Source of the DNA: a virus
Direction: 5' to 3' (one strand)
IMG/VR virus record: IMGVR_UViG_3300032516_000004
Coordinates: 32,001-96,000 of that record
DNA: 64,000 nt
Under the pieces are notes generated by a model. The model did no database searches. It had not been told where the DNA came from and worked only from the letters and a program-made list of their open reading frames with translations. Shown here piece by piece: positions 16,820 to 24,919 of this stretch; positions within the stretch are counted from its first letter, which is position 1; each line of letters starts with the position of its first letter. Made by a program: the position numbers and the translations under genes.

Positions 16820-18849
16820 GCCAAGTGATTGAGACCGATGACTTTATGTCATCCATTCAATCGATTGTTTCGCCATTAACAAGTAAGGTGAGGGCTCAGG
16901 TTTATGATTCTGAATTAGAATATCTTAAGATACCTGCTCCAAATATTATCGAGTTCGTCGCTGAGCCGCAATATCTTAATATACCATCTATTTGGAAGTA
17001 TACACGCCAATATCAGGTGCTTAGAGATTTTTTCCAAGTTAGATGTCCAATTTGTAATTCACAAAAACCAGAAACAATAGACTGTTGGGGTAAAGGCAAG
17101 GAATACCTACAATCAGAAACATTATTAGTATGGTCTATTAAAGACAATGATGATGTTTGTCCAAAGTGTGGCTTGACGCGACATGAATTATTAGAAGATA
17201 AAATAGTAGATAAATATAACCAGCTTCATGGTATTACTGGGATGCGAGCTGGTAAAACTGCTACTATTGCTATGATGGGAGCATATACTGAACACCGACT
17301 AATTACTCTTGGAATGAGTCAACCAGATGGTCGTTTAGCCACATATTTTGGTTTGTTGTCCAAACAACCATATGAGGTTACATATATTGCCTCCACGGAG
17401 GTACAGTCAAATGACACTATATGGGCATATTATCGTAGCATGCGTTTTGATTCTCCTTGGCTTAGACGTTATGTTGAATGGGTTAAAGGCAAGGAAAAAA
17501 CGCAAGATACTCCAATTGGCATGGAAGGATGGAAATATCAGGAAACAAACAAAGAAATTGAAAATGGACATTTGGGAGTAAAATTTAATTCCAAGAACTC
17601 TAACTCCTCTGGTCTCGCGGGTCGTACTCGTATTGGGTCTTTTATTGATGAGCTGTCTCGATTTAAACAGACCGAATCATCAATGAGTGCTGAAGAAGCA
17701 TACCGAGTTATGGAGAATTCACTTAGAACAGTACGATCTGCTGTTATGAATCGTGGTTTATTAAATTGGCTTGGAACAATGGTATCAATTTCATCGCCAA
17801 TGTCGGTTGATGATAAAGGAATGGAGTTATTATATCAATCTACACATATTAAAGGTATGTATGCATTCCACTACGCGACCTGGGATTTTAATCCGGACGA
17901 AAAACGTGAATATTATGACGAAGCATATGAGAAGGATCCAGTAGGCACGGAACGTGACTTTGGAGCTAAGCCACCACTATCTGCTAATCCACTAGTTATT
18001 GATCCCACCAAATTTAAGTCTCGGGCCATTGATGAAACTTTGGTTCCGACCGCTAAGATAGAAATTATTCCGTTTACTGATAAAACCGGGCAACGATATC
18101 ACCGGGCACAGATGACTGAATGTAAGTTGCTTCGTGACGTACCTCGCTATTTGGTATTTGATGCTGGACAAAACTTTGACTCGTTTGCGGGTGCCTGTGG
18201 CCATATTGAAATCAAAGAGCTGCCCGATGGTAATCAAGAATTTATCACGGTAGTAGACTGGGTATTGAAAATTCTTCCATCTAATGATATGGAAGTGTGG
18301 TTTGATTCAGCGGTTGATTTGGTTGACTTTCAAATAAAACATCAGAAGATTGCTGGGGTTGAATTTGATCGCTGGAATAGTGTTACCCTAATACAACAAA
18401 TTCGTAACCTTGGGGTTAGTGCAGAACAGAAATCTATTAAAGTTCCTGACTATGTGAAGTTTGTGGCTGATAGTATAATGGGCCGGGTTCGTATGTTACC
18501 TCCCTTAGAAGAAGATGAGGCTCTAGAACCACCCTTTAAATCACCCTCGGCAACTGCTATTTATGAGTTGACTAAGCTCGAGCGATCGATTGATGACCGA
18601 AAAGTGTATAATGCCGCTAAGGGAAAGCGTAGAGGTTATAATTCGGATGACGTAGCGGTTTGCATGGTACATCTTCATGCAATGGTTCAAGGATCGCAGA
18701 TTTTACCAAGTGGTATAAAAATACGCTCACGTGCAAATCGTCTTAAAAGTGAGACCGTTGGATCTCAAAGTTACCAAATGAATAATATGGGGACAATTTT
18801 TAGCCCGACTCGTTTAGGATTAAAAACTGTTTCCGGGAGAAGATGGTAA
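16816..18849 (+). CDS. terL: Terminase large subunit
   Basis: Walker A GMRAGKT, Walker B SFIDELS, coupling motif ISISS, nuclease acids LVFDAG..FDS and NSDDVA. Confidence 0.92.
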   Translation: MSQVIETDDFMSSIQSIVSPLTSKVRAQVYDSELEYLKIPAPNIIEFVAEPQYLNIPSIWKYTRQYQVLRDFFQVRCPICNSQKPETIDCWGKGKEYLQSETLLVWSIKDNDDVCPKCGLTRHELLEDKIVDKYNQLHGITGMRAGKTATIAMMGAYTEHRLITLGMSQPDGRLATYFGLLSKQPYEVTYIASTEVQSNDTIWAYYRSMRFDSPWLRRYVEWVKGKEKTQDTPIGMEGWKYQETNKEIENGHLGVKFNSKNSNSSGLAGRTRIGSFIDELSRFKQTESSMSAEEAYRVMENSLRTVRSAVMNRGLLNWLGTMVSISSPMSVDDKGMELLYQSTHIKGMYAFHYATWDFNPDEKREYYDEAYEKDPVGTERDFGAKPPLSANPLVIDPTKFKSRAIDETLVPTAKIEIIPFTDKTGQRYHRAQMTECKLLRDVPRYLVFDAGQNFDSFAGACGHIEIKELPDGNQEFITVVDWVLKILPSNDMEVWFDSAVDLVDFQIKHQKIAGVEFDRWNSVTLIQQIRNLGVSAEQKSIKVPDYVKFVADSIMGRVRMLPPLEEDEALEPPFKSPSATAIYELTKLERSIDDRKVYNAAKGKRRGYNSDDVAVCMVHLHAMVQGSQILPSGIKIRSRANRLKSETVGSQSYQMNNMGTIFSPTRLGLKTVSGRRW

Positions 18850-19874
18850 TGCTTGCTGAGCACCCAACTAAAAAATGTACAAAATGTGGTATTAGAAACC
18901 GTCAAATTGCCAGAAGTGGTAAAGTTAAGCTATTATGTGCTATGTGTCTTAGTATAAGAAATAAAGAGTATAAAATAAGTCATCCTGAATCAGTAGCTTT
19001 CTCACAAAAAAAGAGAACTGAAAAAAAACGAGTCGCTAGAGAAATTACAATTTGTATTAGATGTAAAATAAAGCCAAGGCGATACCAAGCTGGTAATTGT
19101 AAATATTGTGAAGAATGTCATAGGGAAGTTAATATAGAAAATAAAAGACGATCAAGTCAAAAACCGGCAACGAAGGCGCATAAAAAACATTATAGAGACG
19201 TACATCGCAAACCAAAAATAGAGCATAAACCTAATTCTATGTGTAGTAAATGTAGGGTACGACCACGAGCGTCCATTAAAAAGGTATGGTGTAAAGAATG
19301 TACACATGAATATAATCAAAATTATAATAAAACACATACTGTAGAAATTAAGCTTAAACGTGCTATATCAAGAAATAGTGATAAAGTTCGAGCACAAAAA
19401 CGCGCTTGGAGCTGTACACCTAAGGGACGAGCATACATTGAGAAACGTAAAACTTTGGGAAGAGCAGCTGAATCTGATCGTAATTATCGTCAACGCCATC
19501 CGGATAAGATTCGTGCTAAAAACCGACGTTTAGCACCAAGATATAGACAAAAACCTAAACAAAAACTACGAAGAAATTTACGAAATAGATTGTGGTATGT
19601 TCTTAAAGGTGGGTTAAAGGTTGGATCTGCAGTAAGAGATCTTGGATGTTCTATTGAATTTCTTAAGCATCATCTCGAGACTCAATTCCAACCAGGCATG
19701 ACATGGGATAATTATGGTGGAACCATTAATAACTGGTGTGTTGATCACATTATACCACTTTCCAGTTTTGATTTAACTGATCGAGAACAATTTCTCAAAG
19801 CCTGTCACTATAGTAACCTTCAACCGATGTGGTTTTCCGATAATTCTAGAAAGTGTAATCGTTTGGATTATTAA
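18843..19874 (+). CDS. Free-standing HNH homing endonuclease
   Basis: Basic Cys-repeat N-terminus; C-terminal GMTWDNYG...VDHIIPLSSFDL...CHYSNLQPMW..N..K. Confidence 0.85.
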   Translation: MVMLAEHPTKKCTKCGIRNRQIARSGKVKLLCAMCLSIRNKEYKISHPESVAFSQKKRTEKKRVAREITICIRCKIKPRRYQAGNCKYCEECHREVNIENKRRSSQKPATKAHKKHYRDVHRKPKIEHKPNSMCSKCRVRPRASIKKVWCKECTHEYNQNYNKTHTVEIKLKRAISRNSDKVRAQKRAWSCTPKGRAYIEKRKTLGRAAESDRNYRQRHPDKIRAKNRRLAPRYRQKPKQKLRRNLRNRLWYVLKGGLKVGSAVRDLGCSIEFLKHHLETQFQPGMTWDNYGGTINNWCVDHIIPLSSFDLTDREQFLKACHYSNLQPMWFSDNSRKCNRLDY

Positions 19875-19876
19875 GT

Positions 19877-22282
19877 ATGAAACGAAAGCGCATAAGCTGG
19901 ATTGGTAGTGATATTAGAAAGCGTAAAGCCTTAAGCAAAGCTCTTAAGGTAGTTCTCAATACCAGCGATAAGAATTCAGACGTAAACATCGTTGATATGC
20001 CTACAGACGGCCAGGCATCGGGCTGTCATCAGTTGTCGGTTCCCGCCAAATTCCCAGCTGGTGAGGAAGATAGTAATCCCGATACCGCAATTGAGACATC
20101 ATATCATATGCCTAGACAAGCATCCGAACCTCGTAATCGATGTGGATGCTGTGGTCGTGCTGCTATTGAACAAGTAGGTTCACACCATGTATGTAATGGG
20201 GGTAAATGTTGGATTTGGGCCAAAGCCCAGCTTAATAAGACTGCCGAATTTGGTCAGGGTCTTACCCAATTAACTACCGAGCAGGAGACTGGTAAGGTCA
20301 AACAAAAACTTACCGAACCAGCTCGATGGAATGAATCTTATCACGACGATAACCAATTTGAAGACAAAGACTTAAAGCTTGGGGAATCTGAACCCGACGA
20401 CACTGATCCCTTGTCTTCCTCTGTCTATCCCCCATATACGGATGGTATTGGGCAACCAAATCCTAGATATGAGGATGCTAGCCCTAAGCAACGGAATATT
20501 ATTTTACATGCAGCCGAAGACCAAGAAGCGATTGATCCTAACCAGGGACCCCGACAATTCTGGGTCGCAGTTGACCTCGACGGCACCATCCTCGAGCCCC
20601 CGACCAATGGGATATATCAAGATCCGAGTGGCCAGCATTGCTTTGGAAACCCACTTCCTGGAGCAAGAGAAGCGCTCCAAAAATTAGTGGATCAGGGGAT
20701 TAGGATATCAATATATACTGCCCGACAATATTTTACCCACAATGATGCGGAAGAGAATGTCTTGAGGGATGCCGTTAAAGAAGTTCTGGACCAACACCAA
20801 ATTCACTATTCTGATATATATATGGGCAAGAAATTACCAGCTCATTGCTATGTAGATGATCGCAATATATCGTTTGATGGTGACTGGGAAGATGCACTAG
20901 AAAATATCTTGAGTAGAATGGATAAGGTGGCGTCAGGTGAGATCACGATTGATGATATTGAACTAATCTATGAATATTATTACAAGATTTCTAGGTTAGA
21001 AGACAAGAAAGTAGAAGAAGGTCTTAGTGAAGAAGGTGCCGCTAACATCAGGGAAATATCCGTCGTATTGTCTAAACTTCTTAAATTAGCGATAGACTTC
21101 ATGAAGAACAAGGTATATATTCCTTGGATGAAGTCAACCTCAGCCCCTGATCAAACCGCGATTCCTGCGGTTAATGCGGCGCGTCATCAGGTCGCGGCAA
21201 CCCTTAGAGAGTTAACGCCAACTGGAAATGTACATCGAGACATGGCAATTTTTAGTCAGGCGTTAAACACCGCACATTCGAGTGGATCGATGATGGATTT
21301 TTTGAGTCACTGGTACAATATCAATCCCGAAATGTTATCAGCGCTCACCAGTGGTGAAGGATATACGGATCGATGGGATCGTGATATCAAAAGAATCGCT
21401 GGTGAAGATTTCGGAATTCACGATATTGAAATGATCTATGAGATGTTTTATAAAATATCTAAATTAGAGGATCAACAAACTGAAAAGGGTATATCAGAAC
21501 GTGGTGCCGCGACATTAACTGAAATGAAGTCAATACTGAGCCAACTATTACGTAAAGCCATTGTGTTTTTGCGAGACGGGGTTTATGGTCGATGGCTCGA
21601 GACCCGTGGTCGAGAAGCCACAGATCGTTTAGTGGTCGATAGAATCCAGACAGTAGCCAAAACGCTGGTTCCATCAGGCGATATTAATCGGGACATTATA
21701 TTATTTGGTAATGCCCTGAATGTAGTACACCAAACTGGCCCTATGGTAGAATTCGTGGAACGATGGTATAGAATTAGTGCCCTGGCACTTGAGGGCCTAT
21801 CACTTGGCCGTGGATACACTGATAGGTGGGATCGAGAAATTAAGCGTATAGCTGAAGACGACAAGGTTAAGGATCAGGTAAATTATCGGGGAATTAAGAT
21901 CGATATTGAGTGGCCCAAGGGTTCTATCCGGTCATATGAAGGCGACGACACTTATGTAACGCACATGCTAGCTTCATATGGTTACATCCGGAATGTACAA
22001 GGTGTTGATTCTGATAGCCTTGACGTATATCTTGGTGATAAAGATTCTGATAAGGTTTTTATTGTTGAACAGTTGGATGCTGATGGAAATTTTGATGAAC
22101 AAAAACTAATGATTGGATTTGATTCAGAAGAGGAAGCAGCAGGCATGTATTTAGAGCATCTTCCAGCTTACATGCTCGGGGACATAAGTGAAATTCCATT
22201 AGATAAATTAGTAAATGCTCTATATGGTGAACCAGAGGATCGTAGAGGAGATTTAGATCTGGTCCCATCGGAGGAGCAATGA
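19877..22282 (+). CDS. Polyvalent protein, part A: Zn ribbon, HAD phosphatase, two ~150-aa repeats, InPase (inorganic pyrophosphatase-like) domain
   Basis: AVDLDGT...YTAR...GKK..A..YVDD (HAD); IDIEWPKGSIR...YGYIR...GVDSDSLDVYLG...DEQKLMIGFDSEEEA (InPase). Confidence 0.8.
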   Translation: MKRKRISWIGSDIRKRKALSKALKVVLNTSDKNSDVNIVDMPTDGQASGCHQLSVPAKFPAGEEDSNPDTAIETSYHMPRQASEPRNRCGCCGRAAIEQVGSHHVCNGGKCWIWAKAQLNKTAEFGQGLTQLTTEQETGKVKQKLTEPARWNESYHDDNQFEDKDLKLGESEPDDTDPLSSSVYPPYTDGIGQPNPRYEDASPKQRNIILHAAEDQEAIDPNQGPRQFWVAVDLDGTILEPPTNGIYQDPSGQHCFGNPLPGAREALQKLVDQGIRISIYTARQYFTHNDAEENVLRDAVKEVLDQHQIHYSDIYMGKKLPAHCYVDDRNISFDGDWEDALENILSRMDKVASGEITIDDIELIYEYYYKISRLEDKKVEEGLSEEGAANIREISVVLSKLLKLAIDFMKNKVYIPWMKSTSAPDQTAIPAVNAARHQVAATLRELTPTGNVHRDMAIFSQALNTAHSSGSMMDFLSHWYNINPEMLSALTSGEGYTDRWDRDIKRIAGEDFGIHDIEMIYEMFYKISKLEDQQTEKGISERGAATLTEMKSILSQLLRKAIVFLRDGVYGRWLETRGREATDRLVVDRIQTVAKTLVPSGDINRDIILFGNALNVVHQTGPMVEFVERWYRISALALEGLSLGRGYTDRWDREIKRIAEDDKVKDQVNYRGIKIDIEWPKGSIRSYEGDDTYVTHMLASYGYIRNVQGVDSDSLDVYLGDKDSDKVFIVEQLDADGNFDEQKLMIGFDSEEEAAGMYLEHLPAYMLGDISEIPLDKLVNALYGEPEDRRGDLDLVPSEEQ
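20936..21853 (+). repeat. Tandem protein-level repeat, 155 aa + 151 aa
   Basis: Units 20936-21400 and 21401-21853 both begin near I.DIE.IYE..YKIS.LED and end GYTDRWDR(D/E)IKRIA. Confidence 0.9.
22220..22276 (+). repeat. Recoded direct repeat copy 1 (LYGEPEDRRGDLDLVPSEE)
   Basis: 16 of 19 aa identical to 23150-23206; same frame, 930 nt apart. Confidence 0.9.
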
Positions 22283-23079
22283 AACGCTATAAATGTACTA
22301 AATGCAATAAGTATAAAATAAGAAGCGCCTATGGTACCAGACGTGGTACTAGTAAATCCATGCGTAGGAAAGTATGTAAGGTTTGTATACAAAAACGTAA
22401 GAAAGAATTACTAAAGGACCCGATTCGACATCAGAAGCATTGTCAATCGCAACATAAGTACTATATAAGCCATAAGGAAAAGATAAACGCAAAACACAAT
22501 CAATACCACGAAGATCATGCTGAAGAGGTGTGCACTAGAACTAAAAGAAATTATAATAAAAATAAAGCTAGACGTAAAATTACGTCTGCTGCTAAATATT
22601 TACGCAACAAAAAACATATTTTATTAAAACAAAGAGAATGGGCTTTAAAAAATCCTGATAAGCGAAATGCGTCGTCCCGCAGATGGAGAGCTAAACATCC
22701 TGAAAAGGCTAAAGCCACACATGAAGCGTGGTTTAAAAAACACCTCGGTAAACGTCGTGAATATGATCGTAAGAAGCGTATTCAACGTTCAAGTATGAAA
22801 ATACATGTTAATGAAAATTTCACAGCTGAAGATGAGGCGGTTGTATTTAAAGTATTCAAATATCGTTGTTTCCATTGTGGGACTACTAAACATTTAACGT
22901 TAGATCATTTTTACCCGTTATCTAAAGGACACCCACTAGAATTGGGAAATGCCATAATTTTATGTCGATCTTGTAATGCGTCTAAACACAATAAAGATCC
23001 GGGAGAATTTTTTGCTAAATTTGAAATGAAATCGGTCCGTAAATTAATGACTAAAACATTGAGGTTAGCACATGCATAA
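22279..23079 (+). CDS. Free-standing HNH endonuclease inserted in the polyvalent gene
   Basis: CFHCGTTKHLTLDHFYPLSKG...NAIILCRSCNASKHNK; overlaps both neighbours (4 and 8 nt). Confidence 0.88.
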   Translation: MKRYKCTKCNKYKIRSAYGTRRGTSKSMRRKVCKVCIQKRKKELLKDPIRHQKHCQSQHKYYISHKEKINAKHNQYHEDHAEEVCTRTKRNYNKNKARRKITSAAKYLRNKKHILLKQREWALKNPDKRNASSRRWRAKHPEKAKATHEAWFKKHLGKRREYDRKKRIQRSSMKIHVNENFTAEDEAVVFKVFKYRCFHCGTTKHLTLDHFYPLSKGHPLELGNAIILCRSCNASKHNKDPGEFFAKFEMKSVRKLMTKTLRLAHA

Positions 23080-24865
23080 AATTATCATACCATGTGGGGG
23101 CATATATTATGTAGGAGGAGCACACATCAATAACCCTAAATTTAAAGTGCTACATGGAGAGCCCGAGGATCGACGGGGCGAAGAAGACTTAGTGCCGTCA
23201 GAAGAAATATCAAAACAAGCATTTAATCTTGATCGAGCAATCCATTGTCTACGAATCCGTAAATCAGAACCAGGTGAAGATATTGAACTTACTGATAAAG
23301 AATGGTTATACAAATCTGCTGGTCTGAGGTATATGGCCGGTAAAACCCCTGGTGAAAAGGTTGGATTATTTATCTTACTTCCTAAAGAATTGGCTAAGCA
23401 ATATCCACCAGAGGGTAAAGCTGGTGAAGACGATTCAGACCCACACGTTACATTATTATATGTAGGAGATGTTCCCAACAATAAATTTGACGATCTTGAA
23501 CAGATCGTTAGAGAAGAACTTACTAGAATGGGGCCTTTTGAAGTTGAATTGTTGCCACCCGACACATTTGTTAATGATGAAGATCAAACCATCTTACACA
23601 GTCCAGTAAAAGGTGACATTCTTGAACCACTTAGCGGCATTATTAAAGAACGATTAATAGATGAAGGATTTGAGTTTAAACATCCTGATAGACCATTTAA
23701 AGGCCATGTAACGATTGAATATGTTGATCCTGGCGAAGAGCCACAATTTTCAGATGTAATGCCCATGGGTTCATGGCTAGTAAATGAAATAGAAATTTGG
23801 GGGCTCGGTGATCCACGAATTATTAAACTAGATGATTCGGGCGACGAACAGCTAGAAAAGAAAGTTGCTGAACAATTTAATAAATGGTCGCAGATCCATA
23901 GACTACCAGATGGTTCGGGGTTTTTCACTGGTTTGGTGGGTGGTGACAAGAAGTCAGACGTTTTTGATCCTCGAATAAACCGGAAAACAAAATCAGATTA
24001 CGTGGGACCTCAGTCTCGACAGGTTGGTGATATTGGGGGTGTAGCGGCTGATACGTCAGATAATTATTATGAAGACGAAACTGGTAAGTATGAAGTATCT
24101 AAATTGATTGAATCATCAGATAATCTACCAATTGTATCAGTAAATGTCCAAAGTGTTGCTGAGCACCCAGACAATAAACAAGGTATCGATGAATTATTGT
24201 CAACACTCGTAAATGACCAACAAGAATTACAACGAACTCAAAATGTGGACTTGTCAGCTCCAATATTGATTAAATCAGATCATATCATCGTGGATGGGTT
24301 CCATCGTGTTGTGCGGGCTATTTTAGATAAGCAATTTACAATACCCGCCAAGATTGTTACACCAGAAATTTTAAGTCAATCCAAGATTGCTCAAAAGAAT
24401 CCTAATTATTTGTTTGTCTATGGTGCCTTGCGCCGAGGTGAGCCATACTATGAGAAATTTCTAGCCGACAGTAAATTTGTCAAGACAGTAAAAACCCAGC
24501 CTAAGTATCATTTGGTGATTACCCAAGCGGCTGGTATGGTACCGGGTGAGAGTGCCGTGGAAGGTGAATTATACGAGGTCCCGGATCACGTGATGGCAGA
24601 GATCGACCAATACGAACATCCCTACTATCGTCAAGAAATTGAATTGGACGACGGCACCAAAGCCAACGCTTACTTTGTCCCTGAAGAAGTCGCTGATATC
24701 GTGGAGGAGGCTCCTAGAATGTCTGAGGGTAGTGATGTCGAATCATCGGTGTTTCCTGGTGCTCAAGATAATGAGAATCTACGGACCGATCCCGTGGAAA
24801 CAGATCAAAACCGAGACATCTTGAGAGAGCATGACACAGAACGTGCCAAATACCGAAATGTGTAG
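23072..24865 (+). CDS. Polyvalent protein, part B: 2H phosphoesterase, ParB/Srx-like, gamma-glutamylcyclotransferase (AIG2-like) domains
   Basis: PHVTLLY and GHVTIEY (2H); PILI...IVDGFHRV (ParB); LFVYGALRRG...VEGELYEV...IDQYE (GGCT). Confidence 0.85.
   Translation: MHKIIIPCGGIYYVGGAHINNPKFKVLHGEPEDRRGEEDLVPSEEISKQAFNLDRAIHCLRIRKSEPGEDIELTDKEWLYKSAGLRYMAGKTPGEKVGLFILLPKELAKQYPPEGKAGEDDSDPHVTLLYVGDVPNNKFDDLEQIVREELTRMGPFEVELLPPDTFVNDEDQTILHSPVKGDILEPLSGIIKERLIDEGFEFKHPDRPFKGHVTIEYVDPGEEPQFSDVMPMGSWLVNEIEIWGLGDPRIIKLDDSGDEQLEKKVAEQFNKWSQIHRLPDGSGFFTGLVGGDKKSDVFDPRINRKTKSDYVGPQSRQVGDIGGVAADTSDNYYEDETGKYEVSKLIESSDNLPIVSVNVQSVAEHPDNKQGIDELLSTLVNDQQELQRTQNVDLSAPILIKSDHIIVDGFHRVVRAILDKQFTIPAKIVTPEILSQSKIAQKNPNYLFVYGALRRGEPYYEKFLADSKFVKTVKTQPKYHLVITQAAGMVPGESAVEGELYEVPDHVMAEIDQYEHPYYRQEIELDDGTKANAYFVPEEVADIVEEAPRMSEGSDVESSVFPGAQDNENLRTDPVETDQNRDILREHDTERAKYRNV
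23150..23206 (+). repeat. Recoded direct repeat copy 2 (LHGEPEDRRGEEDLVPSEE)
   Basis: Matches 22220-22276 at protein level; 13 of 16 identical residues use different codons. Confidence 0.9.
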
Positions 24866-24882
24866 CGTTGTCCCGGTATCTG

Positions 24883-24891
24883 TGGTATAAT
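24883..24891 (+). promoter_or_regulatory. Extended -10 promoter (TG-G-TATAAT) upstream of the portal gene
   Basis: Perfect TGnTATAAT in a 54-nt intergenic gap. Confidence 0.55.
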
Positions 24892-24919
24892 GCCTAATGA
24901 TTATTAACGAGGTAATATA

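Noticed and set aside
18843-19874. HK97 gp74-type packaging HNH cofactor
   Set aside because: At 343 aa with long DNA-binding repeats and a paralog beside the sheath gene, it fits a homing endonuclease better.
22277-23149. Group I or II intron carrying the HNH
   Set aside because: The HNH ORF and the start of part B occupy the entire interval; no non-coding catalytic core is visible.
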